A stretch of DNA of 64,000 nucleotides from NCBI GenBank assembly GCA_028280785.1, contig JANQLF010000212.1, positions 93,444 to 157,443 of the forward strand. The letters are read 5' to 3'. This DNA is from Planctomycetota bacterium (GTDB taxonomy: Bacteria > Planctomycetota > UBA11346). The translations under genes were made by a program, and so were the position numbers. Below, one piece after another: positions 1-7,971 of the stretch (position 1 is its first letter; the number at the start of each line of letters is the position of its first letter). The notes beneath the pieces are model-generated. The model saw only the letters and a list, made by a program, of their open reading frames with translations, was not told where the DNA came from and ran no database searches.

Positions 1-1
1 T

Positions 2-673
2 TTATTTATCGATTCACGTCAATCTGCAACAGCACTAAAAAATGCCATTCAAAATCTAGCTTATCAGCATGCCGTTGATCGCCTCCTTATCATACCACCA
101 CGTGGTCAGGAAGATCAGTTTAGCGAACTTATCGATCCCTTTCGCCGTTACTTTTCAGTTGCCTGGATGGATCGTGCGCCACAAAACACAGTCGACGCAA
201 CCTTTATCTGTGATTACACCGCCGTGGTGAAACTTGCCTTTGAACAATTCAACGATCAGCAAGTTGATTCTTACGTCTATTTTTCCAGGCAAGCGGAAGA
301 TAAATCAGTCTTTTCAACTATGCGCAAAAGTTTTAAACAATGTTTAAAACAATCTGCCAAAACCGGACAAATTGTGAATAGCATTGATGTGATGCTACAA
401 TTAGTCGATAAACAGAACCTCGTAATCATTTGCGAAACCGACGAGGAAGGCTTATACTTACAAAGTAATTTACTCGGACGTGGCATTAGCATTGGCGATG
501 AAATTAAATTAATTAGCTGTGACAGCAGCCCATTAGCACGACTAGCCTATCCGCCTCTACCAAGTATTGATCCTGGGTTTAAACAGATTGGTCAAGCAGT
601 TGCCCAATGGATTAATAGCGAGCATCAACAAACACATTTTGTCACCAGCCCAGTATTATTAGAGGATAATTAA
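2..673 (+). CDS. LacI/GalR-family regulator, C-terminal effector-binding half (5' end lies outside the window)
   Basis: The frame of the listed 167..673 ORF stays open back to nt 2 (LFIDSRQSATALKNAIQNLAYQHAVDRLLIIPP...), so the listed Met is internal. The stretch ...GISIGDEIKLISCDSSPLARLAYPPLPSIDPGFKQIGQAVAQWI... has the usual layout of LacI-family C-terminal domains. The stop lies 11 nt before araD. Confidence 0.6.
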   Translation, partial: LFIDSRQSATALKNAIQNLAYQHAVDRLLIIPPRGQEDQFSELIDPFRRYFSVAWMDRAPQNTVDATFICDYTAVVKLAFEQFNDQQVDSYVYFSRQAEDKSVFSTMRKSFKQCLKQSAKTGQIVNSIDVMLQLVDKQNLVIICETDEEGLYLQSNLLGRGISIGDEIKLISCDSSPLARLAYPPLPSIDPGFKQIGQAVAQWINSEHQQTHFVTSPVLLEDN

Positions 674-684
674 GACGTGTAGCC

Positions 685-1380
685 ATGTACGCAATTCGAG
701 AACGAGTATTTCAAGGCAATATGCAATTAAAACAGGAAGGTTTAATCACCTTAACCTGGGGAAATGCTAGTGCGATTGACGAAAACCGTGAGCGTCTCTT
801 TATTAAACCGAGCGGCGTACCTTATGATCAACTCAAACCCGAACATATAGTAGAAGTCGATATTAAAACTGGGGAAACTATTAATTCGGCATTAAAACCG
901 TCGTCAGATCTTAAAACACATTTAGAATTATACCGACACTTCGACAGTATCGGTGGTGTTGTCCACACACATTCAACCCATGCCACTGCCTGGGCTCAAG
1001 CGAATCGCGAAATCCCATGCTTCGGTACAACCCATGCTGATTATTTTTATGGCAGCATACCAGTGAGCCGCCCCCTCAGCGAACAAGAGATAAATGAAGA
1101 TTATGAAACTCATTCCGGCAAAGTCATTATAGAAACACTGACGCAGTTAAATCGTAATCCACAATCAACACCTGGCATTTTACTGGGCAGCCACGCGCCA
1201 TTTACATGGGGCAGTGACATCGAAGAATCTGTGTATAATGCTATTGTCCTTGAAGAAGTCGCTAAAATGGCGTGGCTTACCTTACAGATTAACCCACAAG
1301 CCAAACCAGCTGCCTCGTATTTAATGGATAAACATTATCAACGTAAACATGGGCCGAACGCCTATTATGGGCAAAACTAA
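685..1380 (+). CDS. araD: L-ribulose-5-phosphate 4-epimerase (class II aldolase fold; AraD/SgbE/UlaF family)
   Basis: 231 aa, the same length as E. coli AraD and alignable end to end from memory: LTWGNASAID..., IKPSGVPYD, zinc-ligand region VVHTHSTHATAWAQ, GTTHADYFYG, HAPFTWG, AIVLEEVA, LMDKHYQRKHGPNAYYGQ. Confidence 0.93.
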   Translation: MYAIRERVFQGNMQLKQEGLITLTWGNASAIDENRERLFIKPSGVPYDQLKPEHIVEVDIKTGETINSALKPSSDLKTHLELYRHFDSIGGVVHTHSTHATAWAQANREIPCFGTTHADYFYGSIPVSRPLSEQEINEDYETHSGKVIIETLTQLNRNPQSTPGILLGSHAPFTWGSDIEESVYNAIVLEEVAKMAWLTLQINPQAKPAASYLMDKHYQRKHGPNAYYGQN

Positions 1381-1381
1381 G

Positions 1382-2209
1382 ATGACGATAACTGACATTG
1401 AACATGTTATTGAAGAAAAGAATATCATTTTCTTCGCTCCACATTTTGACGACATGCTCTTCTGCCTTGGTGGCTACATCGACAGCCTGAAACAGGCAAG
1501 CTTATTAGATAGCAAATCATTTCATGTTCACCTACTCTTTTCGCGCAGCAATTACCAAGCACGCGATGATGGCGGTAACCTAAAAACCGATGACGCGCGC
1601 ATTCAATATGCCAGCGGCGTTCGCCTGATCGAAGATCAGAATTGTCTCGATGAACTGATTGGTGAACACCATTACACCTACCAATTACACGGGTTTCGCG
1701 AATGTTTTGCACGTGGAAAACAATTTGCTGATAGTGAAATGGAATTTCCACATGGCATGTTCGAAGATTTTGACGATCAGGACAAGGCGCTCTTCGAAGT
1801 AACAAAAACTATTATTCGATCGCAGATGAACCGAGATAACACTGCACTGGTGTTTCTCACTGCCATCAAAGAACACATCGATCATTTTATTGTTCGTGAA
1901 GCAGCTATTCAAGTTGCACAAGAACATCCTCAGCATCAAGCCGCATTTTATTTTGCTGAAGATAAACCCTATGGCGGCTTGGCTACAGATGAAGAGATGG
2001 CTCGCTACCAAAACTTTATCGATACGAATACACTTGAAACGCGCTCTTATACCTACAGACCTCAGTCAATGGTCGACCTAGCATTTAAGCATTATGTTTC
2101 TCAAGTCGAAGACTGCTATAAAGATGGTATTCTCAAACGTGCAGAACAATTATGCGAGCAGTATCAAAGTGATGCCACTGGCATTGATCTCATCCATCGC
2201 CTACCCTAA
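1382..2209 (+). CDS. PIG-L/LmbE-family deacetylase-like protein
   Basis: N-terminal IIFFAPHFDDMLFCLGG resembles the (A/P)HPDDE..GCGG zinc motif. A later ...EHIDHFIVREAA... resembles the HPDH motif. The ATG at 1382 starts 1 nt after the araD stop (TAAGATG); the track's 1349 start would overlap araD by 32 nt. Confidence 0.6.
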   Translation: MTITDIEHVIEEKNIIFFAPHFDDMLFCLGGYIDSLKQASLLDSKSFHVHLLFSRSNYQARDDGGNLKTDDARIQYASGVRLIEDQNCLDELIGEHHYTYQLHGFRECFARGKQFADSEMEFPHGMFEDFDDQDKALFEVTKTIIRSQMNRDNTALVFLTAIKEHIDHFIVREAAIQVAQEHPQHQAAFYFAEDKPYGGLATDEEMARYQNFIDTNTLETRSYTYRPQSMVDLAFKHYVSQVEDCYKDGILKRAEQLCEQYQSDATGIDLIHRLP

Positions 2210-3108
2210 GAGTGTACGACTGACTGTGGTGCAAATGATTGGTAAACTATTTTACAAATCTTACCAATATAATCGGCACCGATATACAGGTTTTCTTCAG
2301 ATTTATCACTTAAACTTAAAACTACTGCTAGCATGGGTCCACTAGGCAAGTAGACGATCCCAGCTTCAGACTGAATACGTTCTGATCCGCCGGTTTTGGT
2401 AGCTGTTCTAATATCGGCCGATAAATACTCGCGAAAGCGTCCACCTGGGCAGGCCTCCATCATCGCATGCATGTGCTGAGATGCACTTTCACTGATTAAT
2501 TTCCCTGAATATATCAATTCAATTATTTCCAGTAAATCAGCAACTGAGGCAACATTATTCTTTAGGCTACCGCTGTATGGCAATGTTTTATCAGCATCAC
2601 CTGTCAATTTTTTCGCCAATAACAATTCATCATTTTCTCTGCTAGGGGTTTCCACACTACCGCGCATTAAATAATGCCAGGCCCCGAGGGTCATTGACGT
2701 ACGCGTGTGTTGTAAACCCAGCTGTTCCATACATTGGTTGATTAATTCCGGCGTAAGCGCATTAATCAGCATATCTGTCGCAATATTATCACTGTTCGCC
2801 ATCATTAGACGACAATAATCACCGAGACTTAATTCTGGATTATCCTGACACTGCTTCAGTAAACCCGTGCCACATCGAGAAATGTCATCAGTTACACGAT
2901 ACCGATCCGTTAATGCAAGTCGCTTCTTTTCGACAGCATCAAATAACGTGATCATAACGGCAATTTTACAAACACTCGCTACCGTCATCGCTTGATCGGC
3001 ATTGCGCAGAAACACAGTACCGGACTGCAGATCCTTAAATCCCACAGCAATTGTACCTGGAAATTCTTGGATCAATACATCTATTTCTTGTTCAGGAAAT
3101 GCTAGCAT
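2206..3108 (-). CDS. class A beta-lactamase-like serine hydrolase, leaderless
   Basis: SxxK (ASVCK), SDN (MANSDNIATD) and KTG (TATKTGGSE) motifs occur in the canonical order and spacing. There is no N-terminal signal peptide (MLAFPEQEIDVLIQEF...). Confidence 0.7.
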   Translation of the reverse strand: MLAFPEQEIDVLIQEFPGTIAVGFKDLQSGTVFLRNADQAMTVASVCKIAVMITLFDAVEKKRLALTDRYRVTDDISRCGTGLLKQCQDNPELSLGDYCRLMMANSDNIATDMLINALTPELINQCMEQLGLQHTRTSMTLGAWHYLMRGSVETPSRENDELLLAKKLTGDADKTLPYSGSLKNNVASVADLLEIIELIYSGKLISESASQHMHAMMEACPGGRFREYLSADIRTATKTGGSERIQSEAGIVYLPSGPMLAVVLSLSDKSEENLYIGADYIGKICKIVYQSFAPQSVVHS

Positions 3109-3177
3109 ACTGCAAGTTTAATCAGTCAGGTGCTAAGCACTGAATAAAGCCGAGTCAAAATCGTCAATTAATTATGA

Positions 3178-3525
3178 TTATTTTAAGCGTGAGCCAATTT
3201 CTTGCATCAAGGCATTGGACTTGAGCTTATCTCCAAACAAGCCTATTTGGATGGTAATTGTCGATGCTTTAAGCGTTAACAATTCACAATGAATCGTTAC
3301 CTTCGAACCGTCAGCATAACTACCAACGACCAAAGCGGTCATTTCATCGATTTTATTTTCTTCGATAGTGATTTTCTGGACACGTAGTGTTTCCACGACT
3401 GCTTTATGAAGCTCCGGAAGTGCTGCATCAACGTGCTGACGTAGCTCACCCGACACGCCTCCGCGTGCAAAACAAGAGCCGAAGAAGAGCAGTAAAAAGA
3501 GTAAAGCAACGCTGTATTTGATCAT
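3178..3525 (-). CDS. small secreted protein or possible lipoprotein, function unknown
   Basis: 115 aa with a signal peptide MIKYSVALLFLLLFFGSCFA (possible lipobox FGSC). I recognise no catalytic motif. Confidence 0.55.
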   Translation of the reverse strand: MIKYSVALLFLLLFFGSCFARGGVSGELRQHVDAALPELHKAVVETLRVQKITIEENKIDEMTALVVGSYADGSKVTIHCELLTLKASTITIQIGLFGDKLKSNALMQEIGSRLK

Positions 3526-3613
3526 GGATGATATCTAGCCACACCAGTGCTTTGAGTCAAGAGCAACTGATGCCTACTTTACCACCCTTCACGCACAGTC
3601 ATGATACGAGAAC

Positions 3614-5527
3614 ATGGCCGACGAAAACGATGAAACTCTTGTTGCCGCAGATGCTAACAACGATGAAACCGTCGCTGCTGGATCCGCAGATACATCGGTG
3701 TCCGCAATAGCCATTGGAACAAGGATCGATCAGTATGAGATCATCGAACAGCTAGGCTCAGGCGGCATGGCTCAGGTTTATAAAGCGACTGACCAGGATT
3801 TGAAACGCACCGTCGCTCTCAAATTTCTCCATCCGCATTTGCAAGGTGATGAAAAGGTCAAGCAACGCTTTTTGCGTGAAGGTCAAGCCGTAGCAAAAAT
3901 AACTCATGCGCATGTTGTTGGTATTCATGGCATCATCGACAACGACGAACATCTTTACATGGCGCTCGAATATATTGATGGTGATGATTTACATGGACTA
4001 TTAAAAAAGAATGGCCCTTTTGAAATCGATCAAGCCGTTGAAATAATAGAGGCCGCAACCAAGGGCTTAGACGCCCTCCATCAGGCTGGCATCATTCACC
4101 GCGATATTAAACCACACAATATCTTTATTACTTCTGATGGTATTATTAAAATTGGTGATTTTGGTCTGGCTCGTAACGACGAGCAGGACTATGATCTTAC
4201 CACCAGTGGAGAAATTCTTGGTACTCCTGTATTCATGAGTCCAGAGCAAGTTAAATCAGACAAGCAAATTGACATACGATCAGACATTCATGCGCTTGGT
4301 GCGACCTTATTTAATTTAATCACCAACGAACAGCCGTTCGCTGGTGAAACGATGTACACCCTCTGTGATAATATCGTTAAAGGCGAACGACCTGATATTC
4401 GCAAGCACCATAAGAAAGCTGATAAACATTTATCAACGCTCATTAACTGCATGATGGCAAAATCAGCTGATCAACGCTATCAAGATCCTCAAGAATTATT
4501 ACAAGCCATCCAACAATATAAAAATGGTAAAGATCCCGGCATTTCACATACACATGATCTAAGCAACGAGCCGGATACTATTAAAACTATAAAAACACAT
4601 AACACTCATAAAAAACTATCACCACAACATATTATCATCATTTCCTGTGTTTTCTTTTTCTGCTGCATTGCATTTATCGGTATGTCGAGTGGTCCAATTT
4701 GGTCCAATTCACAAGGCAGCCTGTATAATGGCAGCGATCGCTACGGCAATTGGATAGAACTACGTTTTGAAGACGTACGCATGCGATTTCGACGAGTGCA
4801 ACGTGGCACATGGACCATCGGCAGTCCAAACACGGAAATAGGTCGTGGTAAAAATGAGACACAACGAAGCGTAGAATTCACAAAAGAACTGTGGTTAGCA
4901 GAAAACGAGTGCACTGAACAAATATGGCAACGTCTTAAAGAGCCCGATTCCCAGGGAGACGCTAAATCGTCAGCTGCAAAAACCAATATTAGCCTCGAAG
5001 ACATAGAAGTGCTGTTAACACAGCTTAATGAAGACTATAATGATCTAGGGGTATTTCGCTTACCTACAGAATCAGAATGGGAAGTTGCCTGCCGCGCGAA
5101 CATCGATTCGGCCTACGCCTTTGGTAACGAAAAATCTGATTTATCTCAGTATGGAAATTTTGCCGATAAGAGCAGTGGCCTTGAATGGGCCGACAAGGAA
5201 ATTAACGATAAACATAAAGTTGTCGCTGAAGTCGCATCATACAGACCGAATCATTGGGGTTTTTATGACATGCATGGTAATGTATGGGAATGGTGCGCCG
5301 ATGCTTATACCGCAAATCCTGCTAGAAAAATGAGCGGTAAGACACTGCTTGATCCATTAAACACCAAAGGATCAACTCAAGTTATTCGCGGTGGCAGCTG
5401 GCAAGAAGCCAGTGAATACTGCCGCAGCGCTAGTCGTCGTGGCACCAACCCCGACACACGTGACCCGGCAATTGGTTTCCGCTTCGCACTTGTATTAAGT
5501 AACGAAGTCCAGCAATTTATTGAATAA
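3614..5527 (+). CDS. membrane Ser/Thr protein kinase with C-terminal FGE/SUMF1-type domain
   Basis: Hanks kinase motifs are present: GSGGMAQVY, VALK, HRDIKPHN, DFG, SPE. There is one TM segment (IIIISCVFFFCCIAFIGM, about nt 4630-4690). The C-terminal FGE-sulfatase-type domain shows LPTESEWEVACR, HWGFYDMHGNVWEWCADAY and RGGSWQEASEYCRSASRR...GFRFA. Confidence 0.88.
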   Translation: MADENDETLVAADANNDETVAAGSADTSVSAIAIGTRIDQYEIIEQLGSGGMAQVYKATDQDLKRTVALKFLHPHLQGDEKVKQRFLREGQAVAKITHAHVVGIHGIIDNDEHLYMALEYIDGDDLHGLLKKNGPFEIDQAVEIIEAATKGLDALHQAGIIHRDIKPHNIFITSDGIIKIGDFGLARNDEQDYDLTTSGEILGTPVFMSPEQVKSDKQIDIRSDIHALGATLFNLITNEQPFAGETMYTLCDNIVKGERPDIRKHHKKADKHLSTLINCMMAKSADQRYQDPQELLQAIQQYKNGKDPGISHTHDLSNEPDTIKTIKTHNTHKKLSPQHIIIISCVFFFCCIAFIGMSSGPIWSNSQGSLYNGSDRYGNWIELRFEDVRMRFRRVQRGTWTIGSPNTEIGRGKNETQRSVEFTKELWLAENECTEQIWQRLKEPDSQGDAKSSAAKTNISLEDIEVLLTQLNEDYNDLGVFRLPTESEWEVACRANIDSAYAFGNEKSDLSQYGNFADKSSGLEWADKEINDKHKVVAEVASYRPNHWGFYDMHGNVWEWCADAYTANPARKMSGKTLLDPLNTKGSTQVIRGGSWQEASEYCRSASRRGTNPDTRDPAIGFRFALVLSNEVQQFIE

Positions 5528-5529
5528 AA

Positions 5530-6402
5530 TTATTTCCAGTTTTTTGGCGTACACCCAATTTGTTTTTTAAAAACTGTACAAAAATATTCAGCCGAAGAAA
5601 AACCACAGCGCATGGCCACCTCGATCATGCGCAAATTGCCGCTGCTTAATAAGCGCTTAGCGCGCGCAATGCGTTGTTCGGTAATATAATCGATAAAGCG
5701 TTGACCAGCATGCTTGCGAAATAAACGCGATATATGATTTGGATGTAAATGACAAGCAACAGCAACAGCACCACGATCGATATTATCATGCAGATGATCA
5801 TCAATCCAATCACAAACGCGTAACCAAGTTTGTCCCTCACTACTTTGGGTGTCTGGGTTTTCCAACTCGCGTATGCATTGCTGAATTAATGATCCACTTA
5901 ATTGATGCAGTAAATCAGCCTGATTCTGCTGTGGCAATAAATGTTCGCAGGCCGCAACTAAATGACGAGTACAGGCGTCAGGTGCACGATTCACCCAAGA
6001 AATGCATGCGGTACCGGGCTTTGACCCTGGACCGGTTGTCTTGCGCAAGTAATAACGAATCCGATCTAATTTAAAATCAATACACAAAAAACATTTGGCA
6101 TATGTATGTAGTGGATTATTCCATGCCTGCTGATCGATAAAACACAAGTCACCACGGCGCAAGGTTGGCGCTATAATTTCTGCTGCCTGCGGGATCTCCA
6201 TTTTATTGCGGCCGTCGATGGACAAAATAAGCCGGGTAGAGTTAGAAACGGTCGCTGCTTCAGGCGGTGCAGCGCTGCCCCAGGCAGGAAAGACTTTTTT
6301 GAGACCTTGATCACAGTAGCGATGCAATGTTTTGAGTATCAACTCGTTGCCGACACCAAGCACACTGCGGTCTAGCTGACCAATATCCACCATCTGTTGC
6401 AT
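5530..6402 (-). CDS. AraC-family transcriptional regulator
   Basis: C-terminal double HTH: HISRLFRKHAGQRFIDYITEQRIARAKRLLSSGNLRMIEVAMRCGFSSAEYFCTVFKKQIGCTPKNW. It is divergent from the sulfatase gene across an 85-nt spacer. Confidence 0.9.
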   Translation of the reverse strand: MQQMVDIGQLDRSVLGVGNELILKTLHRYCDQGLKKVFPAWGSAAPPEAATVSNSTRLILSIDGRNKMEIPQAAEIIAPTLRRGDLCFIDQQAWNNPLHTYAKCFLCIDFKLDRIRYYLRKTTGPGSKPGTACISWVNRAPDACTRHLVAACEHLLPQQNQADLLHQLSGSLIQQCIRELENPDTQSSEGQTWLRVCDWIDDHLHDNIDRGAVAVACHLHPNHISRLFRKHAGQRFIDYITEQRIARAKRLLSSGNLRMIEVAMRCGFSSAEYFCTVFKKQIGCTPKNWK

Positions 6403-6487
6403 GTTACAAATTTAAAGTTTTGAGTCAAAATCACAATAGCCAAAGTAGAGAAACCTACCTATACTCTGTGTTTTACTGGAGTTATAT

Positions 6488-7861
6488 ATGTCAAATAAGC
6501 CTAATATTGTCTACCTCAACAGCCATGATACCGGGCGCTACCTTCGCCCCTATGGTTACGATATCGAAACACCACATCTGCAAGCCTTAGCAGAATCGGG
6601 TACACTTTTTCGCAATTGTCATTGCGCCGGGCCAACCTGCTCACCAAGTCGAGCGAGTTTAATGACTGGCCAATATCCACATAAAAATGGCATGCTTGGC
6701 TTGGCGCATCGTGGACATCGCCTCAACAATTATGAGCACACCCTCTCCTCCTTATTAAAAAATAATGGCTATGAGTGCGCTGCTTGGGGTATGGCCACGA
6801 ATCACTGTTTAAAAGAAGATGGAGATAAGCAGGCTGCCGCAGAAAAAATGGGTTATCATAAAATGCTCGGCTGGGATTTAGATGACTCGCTGAATTTTAT
6901 AAAAGGAAAACACGACAAACCGTTTTTCTTATCAATGAGCTGGGGCTTGACTCATCGCGGTGGCCCACGCGGCCCTGAAGGTTTTGGCGCAGATCCAACA
7001 CCGGAGCGTTATGATCCACGTTACACCATGCCGCCAGAACCATTACCCGATACCGCAGACTGCCGCGAGGATTGGACCTTATTCTGTGCTGCAGCGACTG
7101 AACTCGATAAACAGATGGGCGCAGTCATTTCCTGTTTAGAGGAACAAGGTTTATCGGACAACACTTTAATTATCGCCACTACTGATCACGGCGTACCTTT
7201 CCCTGGCATGAAATGCTCGCTGACCAAATTTGGCACTGGTGTCTTTTTAATTATGCGCGGACCTGGTGGATTTACTGGTGGTCAAGCCATTGATCACATG
7301 GTGAGCCACATCGACATTTGGCCAACCGTTGCCGCATTAATTGGCGCAGACATCCCCGAACGCATTGACGGTCATAATTTATCGCGCGCCGTTGGCGAGG
7401 ATCATGTTCCTATACATGATGAAATTTTTGGTGAGGTAACGTTTCACGCCGCCTACGAACCAAAGCGCAGCCTGCGCACCGACCGCTTTCTCTATATACA
7501 ACGTTTTGGTAAACGTCGTCAGTCCGTTTTGCCAAACTGCGACCGTTCCTTATCAAAAGATGAATGGCTCAAGGCTGGTTGGGCACAATTAGAAGAAGAC
7601 GATGAAGAATTATATGACCTGACCTTTGATCCACAGGAGCGCAATAATTTAGCTGATCATCCTCGTTATGAACACATCCTTCATGAATATCGCATGCGCT
7701 TGCAAGAATGGATGGAGAAAACCGAAGATCCGTTGCTTGCTGGCGAGGTCCCACTCCCGGATAATTGCGTTACTACCAATGTCGATGATCTCGATCCGCG
7801 CAGCCCACGTTTAATAAAAGGCGGCATTCCCGAATATGGGCGCATTGGTGATCATGTCTAA
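6488..7861 (+). CDS. type I sulfatase (Cys-type), leaderless
   Basis: Formylglycine motif C-S-P-S-R within CAGPTCSPSRASLMTGQYP. N-terminal metal site IVYLNSHDTG and a later TTDHG. No signal peptide. Confidence 0.92.
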   Translation: MSNKPNIVYLNSHDTGRYLRPYGYDIETPHLQALAESGTLFRNCHCAGPTCSPSRASLMTGQYPHKNGMLGLAHRGHRLNNYEHTLSSLLKNNGYECAAWGMATNHCLKEDGDKQAAAEKMGYHKMLGWDLDDSLNFIKGKHDKPFFLSMSWGLTHRGGPRGPEGFGADPTPERYDPRYTMPPEPLPDTADCREDWTLFCAAATELDKQMGAVISCLEEQGLSDNTLIIATTDHGVPFPGMKCSLTKFGTGVFLIMRGPGGFTGGQAIDHMVSHIDIWPTVAALIGADIPERIDGHNLSRAVGEDHVPIHDEIFGEVTFHAAYEPKRSLRTDRFLYIQRFGKRRQSVLPNCDRSLSKDEWLKAGWAQLEEDDEELYDLTFDPQERNNLADHPRYEHILHEYRMRLQEWMEKTEDPLLAGEVPLPDNCVTTNVDDLDPRSPRLIKGGIPEYGRIGDHV

Positions 7862-7884
7862 TTAGCACAAATCACCCATCGCCT

Positions 7885-7898
7885 AGGATAATTATCCT
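7885..7898. repeat. perfect 14-bp palindrome AGGATAATTATCCT between the sulfatase and the GH-like gene (function unknown)
   Basis: Read directly from the sequence: aggataa/ttatcct followed by tattta. It could be a weak hairpin or a dimeric-regulator operator. Confidence 0.5.
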
Positions 7899-7971
7899 TA
7901 TTTACCGAATATAGATTTTCGACACAGCATTCTAATACTTGTAAGCATTGGGTTTATGTAAAAATGCTCAA

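Noticed and set aside
685-1380. Class II aldolase-fold gene as a marker of a PVC-type bacterial microcompartment (fucose/rhamnose BMC) locus
   Set aside because: The protein aligns with AraD-type epimerases along its full length. No BMC shell (Pfam 00936/03319-like) genes, aldehyde dehydrogenase or PTAC-like genes are present in the window.
4741-5527. The kinase-fused FGE domain as the maturase for the two neighbouring Cys-type sulfatases
   Set aside because: The domain lies after the TM helix and so is predicted to be outside the cytoplasm, while both sulfatases are leaderless. In addition, the first of the two catalytic cysteines is replaced (RGGSWQEASEYC instead of GGSxxCHxSYC).
7948-7971. 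Upstream alternative starts given in the ORF track (TTG 7948, ATG 1349, GTG 55400, ATG 34117, ATG 61700, GTG 62934)
   Set aside because: In each case a downstream ATG either follows a recognisable Shine-Dalgarno-like element, begins the signal peptide or the conserved region, or avoids overlap with the upstream gene. The upstream extensions add non-conserved-looking residues. These calls remain uncertain without N-terminal proteomics.
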